A stretch of DNA of 50,287 nt, filler included, from Sphacelaria rigidula (Eukaryota), in the NCBI GenBank assembly GCA_964200075.2. It is 3 parts of 3 records of this genome, joined end to end, with 100 filler letters (N's around TTAATTAATTAA, not from the genome) between each part and the next. Parts side by side here need not be neighbours in the genome. Positions count along the whole stretch, not along the records: positions 33,603 to 50,287 come from CAXNAA020001275.1; 2 more parts are not named here. One strand, written 5' to 3'. Positions 39,001 to 50,287 of the stretch are shown piece after piece. Position 1 is the stretch's first letter. Each line of letters starts with the position of its first letter. The notes beneath the pieces were generated by a model. The model was not told the origin of the DNA. It did no database searches and saw only the letters and a list, made by a program, of their open reading frames with translations. Made by a program: the position numbers and the translations under genes.

Positions 39001-42000
39001 GACCACGTGACCGCGAACTTCGATAAGGCTCTGGTGCACGGCGCTTTCAGGGTTTCCGACCAGGAGGCGGTGTACATGGCACACTACCTCCTCAGGCACG
39101 AAGGTGGGCATAATGACGGGATACATGTGCAATCACTATTATATTGCAGATATTTGTATCAGCAAAAAGTACAGAATGCTGCCATACACTCAGGCTCTTA
39201 CATATGTAGAAATGGACCAATCTTCGGATGAAGTCTGGAGCATGCCTTCAGTTTTGGAGGGTGTACAGTAAAAAAAAAAAAAAACGACTCAACGGTCGAC
39301 GAGGGAAAGGGATTGCTGAACCCCTATCGCGATAAAAAATAAACGCAAGCACCGCAGGAGGAATGTGGGGTACTAAAAATAAAAAATAAAAATTCCTGTG
39401 TCGACCTTCCTCCTGTGTGACCCCGGCTAATGCGCCCACATATACCGAGAGATGTAGACCGGCGTTCAGAATAGAAAAGACGACAACACACACACAACAT
39501 ACGCACAGTCGCCGCCGCGCCCCGGTGGTGTGATGGTCCGACTGTCGCCATTAGGGTGGAAAGAGCGAGGGTTCGATTCCCGATGTGTTTTAGGTTTTTT
39601 CTTCGTAGTATGTGATTTCCACCGTGGATAGCGTGAGAACGTGAGTAAGACAGTAGTCGACTGAGTTGTTTGACGTGAGTTGACGCGGTGCGGGAGTGAT
39701 GATGGTCATGATCCAATTCGCGAGTCCAAAATGCAAGGCGTGTACCGGGGAGAGATGGGTTGATCCCTTGAGACCATAGATTCGTCCCGAGGAAGGGGAG
39801 GGGTGTTATTCAAAGTACCACAAAAAACAGTGCTGTTCACAAACGTCGCGGTGCAAGCAAGTACTCATCTTAAGCAATGCGTGTGCGTGTGAAAAACAGA
39901 AACACAGCAGTAAGTGTACCGACGGATTGGAGTCATGAAGTTGGCGGACGCTCGGGGTCATGGAAGTTTACCGATATTCCAGGCGCGTGCGAGTGGCTAA
40001 TGGGGTGAAGGCAAACGGTTCGGGATCGCTGATTCGAGCCAAAATTCCGTGATATGTGGTCATACTCTGTGAGGCCAGGTTCTTGAAGTGGTGGATTGCA
40101 TCCGGTGGTTGGACTCAATCGGGTACGCTGCTGAGGGAGTAACTTCGCAACTTTGTCTAACTCTGTGTTCTTGCGGTGTATTTTCAAGGCTTGTTCGTAG
40201 GGTGCTCCTCTGCCATGAACTGCGTGGGAGCCGTATTGGCGGCAAGGCAACTTGGTGGCGGGCGCAGGGTCGTGAGCGTGCTTTGCGATAACGGTAGCAG
40301 GCATGTATCTAGGTAAGACGGTGAGACGGTGAGACGGTGACACCAGAAGCACCGCGTACACTTTTTTCGAGTGTTACCCGAAATTGCTCCACCGAGAAAA
40401 TCCTGATACTCATACAATGAATTAAAATCATGGATCGAAATTTGCGTTTCGGGGTGTGGAGTCCTGCTTTATTGGGCCCCAATTTGCAAAGCAATGGTCG
40501 ACCCTTACTCGGATCAACGTATGGAGTATCGAGTTGACTGTGTTGCCACCTGCTGACGTGAAGCCGCTGCTCACCTGTCACCAAAGGAAAGTGGCGTTAT
40601 AGAACAAGTTTTGTGTGCGCCACGCCAGTACTCACGGTATTCCCACTTTTTTCAGCTTTTGTATTATCTTAATTCTTAAAAAGCGACCCGCCCCCTGCAG
40701 GTGGACTGAGTTGGACTATACCGCATTTGGGGTTCAGAACAGCTCCTTTCTCGCTACACAAAACGCCTTTTTCACGAACATGTGGATATTTGGCATCTAT
40801 GTGGAAAATTGTCCCGATGAGCCCCTGACTGATTTTGACCCTGCAGTCAATTGCGTGCGGAGTCACTATGTATGTGTGCCGTATGTCTTCGCTGGATACA
40901 ACGGCAAGAGTCAGTATAACTACGCCATCGCTCTCGACTGGACACAATTTACTGCATGCTGCTATCGTAATGGCTCTGCTTAGTTTTCGACACAACCGCT
41001 ACAGAGAGTGTGAAGGTATGCAGGCAACACATGAGGCGTCAAACAAGCGACACAAACCTCGAGCAGAGTACAAAACAAGTCATTAATACCCATGTAATCT
41101 ATGGTTGAATTGCCATGACCAAAATGGAAGGTGCCAGTAGACAGCGAAATAGTCCTACTATAGAGGAACTGCGTGCTCATTTTGACGACCGTGATTGGTC
41201 ACAATGGGCATCCCGCGTCTTTCGGGCCTCGTTCCTGGCTTGGAATTTTCCGCGGGGAACTTCCACAGACACATGGTTGACTTGGTGAACTTTTCGGCTG
41301 CTCTGCGGACAGACACCCCCACCCCGTCAAAAACTAACCCTCCGGCCACTGGAAACCCCCGAATGTCTCCGGACTGTCAGCCTGTGAAACTGTTCCGAGG
41401 CAACGCTCGCTGTCTACGGGTTGAGCTTCACCATGGTTTGCCATCCGTTACCTCTCGCTGGGCAGTTTAACCCGCCCGTAGCGTTGGTGTCTACTACAGG
41501 CGGATGCTGCGAGAGTCCCCCACGGATCAATTTTCGTTAGCCATTTATCTGGTGCTTGATTATCTGTAGTGTAGGCTCCCTGTCTTCTCCTCGGCCATCC
41601 CTGCGTTCGGCCCCACCTGCAGCACTACATGCCGCAATATATGCCGTACCTCTAATGTTCCTGAGTTTTGTCAGGAGTCTGGTATTCTCTCCCATTGTAT
41701 GTCGCTGTGTGCCACTCAAGTGGCATGCCGCCCGAGGTTCACCTTGCGGGTGTCATTAGGCGGTAAAGTGCATTGTGAGGAGGGTTGTGTCATACTGTAG
41801 TCAGGGCCAGCATCTGTCTCGATGACAATTTGACGTTCCTACATGCGCAACTGGAGTTTTTTTTCTTCTTCTTGCTAGGCCAGTTTGTTCTTGGGCAATT
41901 GCCTAGAAAAGGTGTACATTCTCGTTTTTTGCCCCAAAAAGGTACGATTACTGATCAGGAATGCTTAAACAGCAAAACACACAATCTAGACCGTTCCCGC

Positions 42001-44939
42001 TCCCAATTTTTCACGCACATCAATCGGGGGGCTCCTTGGCACCCGGGTCTCGAAAAAAATAGAATAAAAACATGTTGCTCGCGATATACGGCCATGCGCG
42101 AAAAGACGTCTCGCCTCAATAAACCACTTCTACTTTCTAGCCCAAATATCCACCAGGTATACCTGATCCGTGACTTATTTTCAAATCGTACCTGTCCTGG
42201 ACCATCGCTTGCTACACTGTACCCGATATGGCACACTGCGCGCAAGGGAGCCCTCCAGCCATGGCGCCCACACATTTGGCTCTTTTCTTGCTCATTCGCC
42301 GTTCACGGACGCCACAACGATCACGCCCTTTTCTCCCCGGAAATGTTTCCCGAGTCTCTCCGCATCGATACAAGAACTGGACGCACAAGTCACAACGCGT
42401 CGGTCTTTTGTGCTTGCGGGGGGTCATGTAACATCGTGCTGTTGCGATATCGGGGCTGGTATCAAGGACAAGTCAGGCTCTTCCGCCACCAAGGGACGGT
42501 CATCACATCATCAATGGTTGGTCCGAGGAACGGATAAGAACCGTCACGCATATATAAATAGGGACGGTGCAGCAATAGCGTGTAGCCCTACAGAGTAACA
42601 TGTGTCCAACAGAAACTCACAGGGAACACACGCATCACATCTATCTGGACTGTGCCTAACAATCATCAACGACGAGCGAGAAGTTCGGATCGTGTCCTCA
42701 GCTTCATGTCATGTAGATGTTGTTGTTGGCGCCGGTGCCGGCGAGATATGCGAGTGACTAAAAGCTGCCAAGAAAGGCAGGACCACTGCATTGACGTATC
42801 AGTTAAGAGAGGAGGGAACAAGATGGGTGTCGTGAGGTTCGGGTCATTTTCGCTGTTTTATGTACTACTACTAGGGACGATTCACACGGGCTCGGTAGGT
42901 TGTGCGTGCGTTCAGCGACTATCGACGGCGAGGGCTTGAGCTATCTATCCATATATGTTTGGGGCATTTTACTGTGTAGGCTAAACGCTATTGCTGTACT
43001 GTCCCTATATACTTCCTCTGTCTCATAAGTCTGGGCACTTATGGTTGTACGAGCCCTCAACGGTGTGATATTTGATTTTCGACCTTTTAATTGCAGTCGT
43101 CGGCGTTTTTGTAGCATAAAACCAACATTTATTGTACAGTGTGGGTGCTTGACCCATGTAGTCACGCGGCCAAGAAAAAGTAGGTCGATCCAAGAAGGGC
43201 CAGTTTTCGCTCGTTTCCCCAGGAAAGCATGAGAGACCCGGGAACACGAAAAATCGAGAAAAATGGGCCAGAAATTTGAAAATCGTGAAACCATCATTGA
43301 TTTTGGACATGTCCATGATGTTAACCTACGCACGCACCATCGAACATTTTGTTAGCATGTAGTTGCTAGTGCTCGACCTGAAAACGTCCAAAGTGGGTCA
43401 ATAATGGGGTATATTCCGACATAATTGTGGCGATGAAAATGAGTTCTTTTTCGTCTTTTTTTCTACATCAGCTTCGTCGGCGCTTTACCTCTGCAACGAA
43501 ACCAACCATAGGATGATCGTCCACGTTGAAATACCCAAACGATTAAACGCCCACAAGTGCCCAGACTTATGAGACAGAGGAAGTATGCGTGACGGTTCTT
43601 ATCCGTTCCTTGGACAAAACATCGATGATGTGATAACCGTCCCTTGGTGGCGGAAGAGCCTGGCTCGTCTTTGATACCAGCCCCGATATCGCAATAGCAC
43701 GATGTTACATGACCCCCGGCAAGCACAAAAGACCGACGCGTCATGACTTGTGCGTCCAGTTCTTGTATCGATGCGGAGAGACTCGGGAAACATTTCCGGG
43801 GGGAGAGAGGGGCGTGATCGTTGTGGCGTCCGTGAACGGCGAATGAGCGAGAAAAGAGCCAAATGTATGGGCGCCATGGCTGGAGTTGGCGCCTGAGCTC
43901 CCTTGCGCTCAGTGTGCAGCATCAGGTACAGTGTAGCAAGCGATGGTCAGGACAGGAACTTTCTCGGCCGACTGGTGGCCCAGGACAGGTACGATTTGAA
44001 AATAAGTCACGGATCAGGTATACCTGGTGGATATTTGGGCTAGAAAGTGGAAGTGGTTTATTGAGGCGAGACGTCTTTTCGCGCATGGCCGTATATCGCG
44101 AGCAACATGTTTTTATTCTATTTCTTTCGAGACCCGGGTGCCAAGGAGCCCCCCGATTGATGCGCGTGAAAAATTGGGAGCGGGAACGGTCTAGACTGAG
44201 TGTTTTGCTGTTTAAGCATTCCTGGTCAGTAATCGTACCTTTTTGGGGCAAAAAACGAGAATGTACACCTTTTCTAGGCAATTGCCTTTTTTTCTTTGTT
44301 TCCAGCGTGGGTGGGTTTGAATGCGTTAAAATATGGCGCGCATTGTGCTTCTCCATGTGCAAAATAAGGGAGCGTGTGAATCGTGTCATTTCACCCATGG
44401 CCAGCAGGCTGTAGAATGTAAGAAGTATGTGCTGTGCCGTACGGCATCTTGTGTGTGGTTCTGAACCTTCTGGGAACGGATCTGGGATCGGTCTGGTAGA
44501 AATGCACCAGATACCTGAAGAGTAGAACCCACATTTATTGGGAGATGTTGGCTGTGGTTGCCACCCTCGCATCCACCCCCTCTCAGTGCGTGTGTTCTTA
44601 ACCCTCTGCTGGGGGCACCAAACTACTGTACTCAATCTGCAGTACACATATTCAACTCTACTTTTTGTGGGACTTTTCATTACACAGCAAGCACTGTATG
44701 AGTCGTTGCTTGTCACTGTGAGCTCTCACCGGTGTCGTTGTGAATTGACTCAGACCAGAAGACATCAACAGCCATTGTGTTCGTGCGCCTGACGAGCTGT
44801 CTCCACCACACCACACGGAATTCACCCGTTTTTCGTCAGGTTCTGGAGTCAGGAATTTGTGGAGAATTGGGGGTTGAAGTGGCCGTCGCCCGGAGACAAG
44901 ACTCTCGACAACTTGGACTTTATTCAAGATAGGCGGTGA
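36085..44939 (+). CDS. Cysteine synthase-like PLP enzyme (O-acetylserine thiol-lyase family, closest in motif pattern to fungal cysteine synthase 2 / MCY1-type), 7 exons
   Basis: Exons 36085-36369 ([11 protein letters not shown]), 36745-36939 ([12 protein letters not shown] with the PLP lysine; EGTSGSTG), 37768-37985 ([16 protein letters not shown]), 38301-38489 (GAGTGGS; DPPGS), 38970-39103 (YDTLAEGIG), 40189-40312 ([19 protein letters not shown]), 44840-44939 ([15 protein letters not shown]). All introns are GT-AG and phase-consistent. The start codon choice is less certain. Confidence 0.93.
39282..39500 (+). mobile_element. SINE family 1, 5'-truncated copy (cysteine synthase intron)
   Basis: CGACTCAACGGTCGACGAGGGAAAGG..TGTGTGACCCCGGC..ACACACAC. 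Confidence 0.8.
39519..39585 (+). mobile_element. tRNA-like head of a second SINE family
   Basis: GCCCCGGTGGTGTGATGG (A box) to GGTTCGATTCCCGAT (B box); a near-identical copy lies at 50221-50287. Confidence 0.65.
39683..39805 (+). repeat. Dispersed repeat family (other copies 33311-33430, 33818-33925, and 45890-46027 on the minus strand)
   Basis: Shared ACGCGGTGCGGGA..TGATCC and GGTTGATCCCTTG..GAGGGGT motifs. Confidence 0.6.
40687..41420. mobile_element. piggyBac-like non-autonomous element in the last intron of the cysteine synthase gene
   Basis: The ends are homologous to those of 15155-15895 (inverted). It starts with CCC and ends GGG|TTGA. Confidence 0.55.
41893..44287. mobile_element. 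Mutator-like / foldback non-autonomous element with about 700-bp inverted arms
   Basis: Arm 1 (41893-42552 plus 43010-43040) is the reverse complement of arm 2 (43555-44287). The flanks TTTGTTCTT (41884-41892) and TTTTTTCTT (44288-44296) match at 8/9 positions, consistent with a 9-bp TSD. Confidence 0.8.
42553..43009. mobile_element. MITE nested in arm 1 of the foldback element, TA target duplication
   Basis: About 45-bp TIRs: ATAGGGACGGTGCAGCAATAGCGTGTAGCC and, on the other end, the reverse complement of ATAGGGACAGTACAGCAATAGCGTTTAGCC. The uninterrupted site in arm 2 reads CACGCA-TA-CTTCC. Confidence 0.8.
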
Positions 44940-45584
44940 CAGGATGCTCATTCCCGGCACCTTCTGGATGCAACTCTATTTCGTTCGCATTAAATTGAAC
45001 GTGTTCTGTGGGCGCAGGACCAGGACCAACTGCCTCAGTCGGCCTGCCCTTGCATAAAAGGTGGCACGAGGAGGCAGGCGTCTGCACAGACGCCATGGCG
45101 ACACCATTTCCTGCGCTCTTGCCTTGGATAACTAACGGCTTCTTGTGCTTCGATGGGAGAATAGCGGCAAGGCGGGGATCCAGTTCCGAGAGGACACCCG
45201 CTATCGATGTTGTAGTCGGCAGGCATACTCTACAAGTCACGAACGCAACACGCCGTATGGCATGTTTGGAGCTGTATCGAATCGGCTTGCAGGCACTTCC
45301 AGACCGCCACCATTCGCCATTGCCCCTGGGAAACCGGACGTCCGAAAGTAGGACCTCAAGTCGCTGCAGCGTAGAGTAATTTATCAGGCTGGAGCCGCTC
45401 TGAGTCGTCTAGTTGATACGCTTTGTCATCCCTTTGAGGGTGCTCCAGCATATGGGGACACCTACAGTACATGCCCGATAAGCGATAAGCAATCGTTACC
45501 CCTGTCCCTATACCAATCCATCTTTTTACGAGTAGTTGACGGAAGCTTCATCCTCAACCACACCCACTGCTTAGGTCGACCTTG

Positions 45585-47283
45585 CTATCGCAGGTAGCCC
45601 GAGCCGACCGTAGAAATGCCTTGCTGAGGCCCTTGCGTACTTGTGGATCGAGATGGCGGCACCATAAGCGCTCCTCGCCGCCCCTTGTAGTAGCTGCAAT
45701 AACCAAAAGGGTCCGTGAACGTGTAAGCGTGAATGCAAAGGGTAAACAGCACGCATGAGGTCAGGTCAACTTGACGAGCTCATCGCATGCGTACCCGTGT
45801 AAGCGCTGTCAACATAGCCCCCTGTAGTACGTGGCAGAGGGCTGGTTGAGCAACGAACTGTCCACGAACTGTTCCTCGGCACACATTCAACCTTTTTTGC
45901 AACCCTTTCTCTTCCTCGGGATTGAGTCCGTGGTCTCAAGGGATCAACCCATCTTCCCCCCGTACAGGCCTTACGTTTTGGTTTTTTAGCGGAGTGGATC
46001 ATGACCATCAGCACTCCCGCACCGCGTCGATTTTCGTCAAAACTCATTTCTCACAAAATTTCGATGCCTTCCCAGGAAAAAAAAACAAGAAATGCATGTG
46101 ACGGGATTCGAACCCGCTTTCTTCCGCCTCAACTGATTTCAGCTGTGCCATTTTAATTTTGACCGCCGGGGCGCGGCGACATTGCTCCTCCAAAAACGAG
46201 GTGTCGCGGATATGCAAGCTGCGGTGAGAGATCACCCATAAAATCACAGGCGACCTGGCAAAGGCTCATTCGGTGAGACGTCAACAAACACGGGATCTTA
46301 CAAATTGAGGAGGGATTACTTTTTTCAGGATGAACCTTGGAAACCTTCAGAAGCAGCGAAATATTTTCGGACTAAAAAGGTGAATGCACCGGCCGTGACG
46401 TGTGGCCCTGCTCATCCTCAACGGGATCCATTCTCAATTAGTGAAATCTCGTGTTGAAACGTGAAATGATGCCATTTGTGTTTCACCAGCAGTCTAGCCT
46501 CTGCAAGTACTCGGGAAACAGGATCGCCACTGAACTGAGAATCGACAAACGATGACTCACTCGTTGAAGTCCAAACGGAAGGTAAGGTATCGCAGAATCT
46601 CGGTCTGGGCGCTCTTCTCCTCCAGCATGCTCACCAGCTCCGATAACGTCTCCTAACAACGTTTTGGTGAGATCGAGCGTAGAGGATGCTATTGAGAGTG
46701 ATAAGCGGTCATAATCAACGAATGAATAGTTTTAGTTCCGAAATGCGCCTCCACGAGACTCAATACGTTGCTGTAGTGGCTTGCCACTCACTGAAGCCCT
46801 TGATATCCCTGAGTAGGATGTCGACGTGTAGCCGTAAGCACACGCCAGTGTTACAGGCATAGAAAAGCACACACAGCATGAAAAATTGGTCAAGTTAAAG
46901 TGAATGATAGAACTCACTCTCAACCAGCGCTCTACCCTCAATCTCACGAAAACATTGTTTCCTGCGAAAAATATTCGCCGTGGCGCCGGGAAATTGCGAG
47001 TACTCACCACGGAAGTAGCAATAGTACAGGTGGTGAATTAGCACGGATGTTTGTGTGTCGTGCAGTGGCGGAGGAAACGACGTCAAGGGTGACGCATGTA
47101 CTGTACTGTACAGTGTCCGTTCGTTCTCTTGCCTCGTATTTTGCAGCGGTATCCTCGATCGCATTCATGCCGAACGGGTCTTTCCCTTTCCGGGCCTGAA
47201 GTTCTTCCAGTCGATCCCGTGGATTCCCGTCCAAACCCCACGTGCCCTCGGCCGTCCTGCGCTCCAGCTCCGCCCGCTCCGCC
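45585..47283 (-). CDS. Gamma-tubulin complex component (Spc97/Spc98 family, GCP3-like), C-terminal three exons
   Basis: Exons 47283-47133 (AERAELERRTAEGTWG..AAKYE), 46652-46561 (ETLSELVSML..ILRYLTFRLDFN) and 45693-45585 (DYYKG..YLR*) assemble the LRYLTFRLDFNDYY end motif typical of the GRIP2 domain of GCP3/Spc98. Upstream exons were not identified in the window. Confidence 0.82.
46095..46178 (-). mobile_element. Degenerate tRNA-like SINE head (intronic)
   Basis: The reverse complement reads GCCCCGGCGGTC..GCGGGTTCGAATCCCG, with no intact cloverleaf. Confidence 0.4.
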
Positions 47284-50220
47284 CTGTGTCGATCAAGCGG
47301 AAACACGTTCGTTGGAAAAGTAACGTAGGGTGATACTGAGGTCAAGAGTGTAATACGTCACACGCTGTCAGAAGCGCCGCGCAAGGGTTGCTCGTGAGGT
47401 TCGCGACACGTTCAAGGATCGGCATCCTGCTGCGCAAATCTGGCAAAACCGGCACCGGGGTGGAGTGTTGAATTGCATTTACCTTTGTATTCAAATCTCA
47501 CTTTTCACGTCGCACGAGAGAGGATGTCTGAAATAACCCATCTACAAGACAATGATGAGAGGTGCTTCAAGTCAGACGTTCAAGCAGTATAGTCTACCCC
47601 CGCTTCGGCAGAAACAAACGATTGCTGGATTTGCACTTGATTTTGGGTAGACCATCGTATTCGGATCGTTATGTGGCTCACAGTCCCAAGCAGGTGCCCA
47701 GCGTGTGCTGCAGCACGCATTTTGGCTCAAGTCGGCGCCTGAGCAAAAAGAAGCACACTTTGCCCAGCGAACAACTCCATGCACACTCCATGCACTTCAC
47801 TTCCTCTACCCGAGAGATCCCGGTCTGCCTGGAGTTAGCGTGCTGATTTGACAAAAACGAAGTATGTGTCAACCATGGCTCATTTTCGCCGAACTGAGGT
47901 ACATCCGCGTCCACATGAATTGCCAACATGTTCAGGGTGGGCAACTTACTGGGCCAACTTTATGGATTATCGATGGGAAAGCTCGTGTGCTCAACAACAC
48001 CGTTCCGTTACGGAGAAACCAGGGGTGAGAATCAACGTGCAACGTGTATATACGTTGGGGGAATATTGTAAACGATGGAATATACAACACAACGAAAAAT
48101 TGAAGCCTCATCCTTGTAGCACCGTATGTGTTGCAAGCTAGCTTCTCAAGATGATGAATTGCTTCGGCGGTCGCTCGATTTCCCCCCCAATTCTTGGTTT
48201 ACTATCTTCGTTTTCGTGTGCTTAGATGCTAGGCCTATGGCGTAATATACGGTGTGCCGCGTTTCATGATCGGGAGTAGATGTTGTCTGTATGGTCGCGA
48301 GGCCACCTTTCGGAACCATCTCGCCGGCTGTCTTCCACCCTGGCCAACATCGACGTAGCAGCTGCACAGCTCCTATCTGTTCGCAAGCACCAGCACTATT
48401 ATTCAATAATAATAACGTACAGCGCATCTTTAGGTGATCAACCCGTCACTGCGTAGTAGTGTTCCACCAGAGTTTTTTTAACTTAATTTCAGTAGTCCTT
48501 TCGAATGCAAATATTTGGCCAGGTGTCACGATTGATGACTTCATATTGTCGGAGCACATATGAGTTACCGTGCATCCTTTTTTCCGTGTTCGGTGCAAGC
48601 TGGTTCCTTCTCGACATCCTCTTCCACACTGAACTTTCGAAGCTCGATTCGAAACCTAGCACACACATGTCCGAACGGGGAATAAAAAATAGACGGCGCT
48701 GCTGCATTTTTTATTTGTCTACCTTATTCCAAGTAATCGAGGTTCTCGAAGATCCCGGGCTGCTCCTGCGATTCCTCAGTGTTCAATAACTCGGAGTTGG
48801 GAGAATCGGATGAATCAACTGCTTCAGTCCATGTCTTTGTGTCCCATGCCCGACATGCGTTGATTTGCAGGTCAGAACTTCCACACGGTGATTCGGGGCG
48901 AAGACGGGAAAAAAGTGACACCTTACCCATTCCAAACCATAATACGTGTAATTCGTATTCATATATATTTTTTTCTCTTGAAGGAAGGAAACCTGACCCA
49001 ACACTTCTCCCGCAACCGGGTTCGTGTGTTGATTACCCGGAGGTTCGGCTAGACTGTCTCACGGCAGTCATCTGGGATAGGCGCCTCCAGCGTTTGCAAG
49101 CTTTCCTCATGGCAGTGTGGGGGTTCGACCCGCTAAAACACCCTGCCGAGTTGGCGGAGTGCACGCCCCGCCCTACTCTTATGAGCTTCGGCACTAGGTA
49201 ATAAGTATACATGTATCCAAGAACGCTAAATGCTGGGACTGGGTACTGGCGCAGCCAGACAGTATACTGGATCCTACCAGTACCTTGGGTGCGCAGCAAA
49301 GCCCTTCCTGACTGAGGCATCCCGCCGGAGGCGCATTCTCGCGCGAGTTGGTTTCAGTAGAGCGAAAAAACTGCTATTTGGCTTCACTTGCAGCGCAATT
49401 ACATTGGTTAGATCAAACGATAAAAGTTACTGTCAACCAACGCAAGACTCTCAATCTCACAAAAACAGTGTTGTAGTTGAAAAATCACATGGGACATCGT
49501 CATGACTGCTCCTGTACAGAAGATCACCAGTCTCATGTTGCACCCGGTAAAAACAAGCCGGAGACATTATGCCTAGTCGGTCTTGGTGTAAAAAAACTTG
49601 GAACCGGATACGCCGATCGCTTGTCTGCCTCAGCCAAGGCCTTCTATGACCATTCCGGGGTAGTTACTTCAAAGTATGAAAGCCCCCGCGTACAAACTGG
49701 ACAAGATACAAGAGTAAGGAGTGGATCTTGGAACATTTTGCACACACGCGTATTTGAGTATATTAAGGATCGGACGGGGCCGCCGATAGTCCTCCACGAA
49801 AGGCGTGGAAAGGAATGAATTAAACTTGGGATATTGTGAAGGTGATGAATTTCACCAAGAGTTTTAGCCAGAGATTTGATGTGTGTATCGGTTATTAAAC
49901 TGTGTTATATGTGATGAGTAGAAGAAGGAAGGTATGGCATGGGTGTGGCATGATTGGGATTAAGGAACGCGAACGTTGAGAGCGCGGAATGGTGAATGAA
50001 ACACACTGAATTTTGTCCCGTTTTTTGAAAGCGTGAAGAACGCGGAAGACCCGAATGTGTCAGATATAATGCGTTCTGATTTTAAAAAAGCTTAAACATG
50101 GAGAAAAAAGTGGATTCGTTCTCCAAAAGTAGGAGTTTACTCATAAGTTGATATTTTGCTTGCGAAAGAGCAACATCTCTGTGTACAGATCGTGGTTGAA
50201 ATTCGCTACGGCATATATTG

Positions 50221-50287
50221 CGCCCCGGTGGTGTAATAGTCCGACTGTCGCCATTGGGGTGGAGAGAACGGGGGTTCGATTCCCGAT
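50221..50287 (+). mobile_element. tRNA-like head of the second SINE family, cut by the window end
   Basis: Matches 39519-39585. Confidence 0.65.

Noticed and set aside
41785..44716. Long ORFs of 250 aa (+) and 264 aa (-) with near-identical peptides
   Set aside because: They are translations of the two inverted arms of the foldback element and show no recognisable domain.
47400..49150. Exon-like minus-strand pieces (about 47760-47828, 48304-48376, 48723-48790, 49037-49142) as upstream GCP3 exons
   Set aside because: They could not be chained without stops and show no recognisable GCP similarity. 48304-48376 is phase-compatible but otherwise unsupported.

Overview
Eukaryotic, intron-rich, repeat-dense genomic DNA. 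The gene architecture and repeat style resemble a brown alga or other stramenopile (inference from pattern, not a database result). Two artificial 100-nt scaffold gaps (44 N + TTAATTAATTAA + 44 N) split the window. Four spliced genes were reconstructed by hand with phase-consistent junctions: (1) an acyl-activating enzyme / acyl-CoA synthetase on the minus strand (10 exons, 458-9736, both ends missing); (2) a predicted membrane protein with an atypical RING-CH-like finger on the plus strand (about 22555-32275, 3' end not found); (3) a complete 7-exon PLP-dependent cysteine synthase-like gene on the plus strand (36085-44939); (4) the last three exons of a gamma-tubulin complex component, GCP3/Spc98-like, on the minus strand (45585-47283). 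Introns and intergenic DNA hold tRNA-derived SINEs, 5'-truncated LINE ends, piggyBac-like and mariner-like non-autonomous elements, a 2.4-kb Mutator-like foldback element with a nested MITE, and a 1.6-kb array of alternating long palindromes. The most unusual observations are the palindrome array, the RING-like domain that keeps only one zinc site, and frequent GC donors and AAG/GAG acceptors. No prokaryotic-type system such as CRISPR or an operon is supported.
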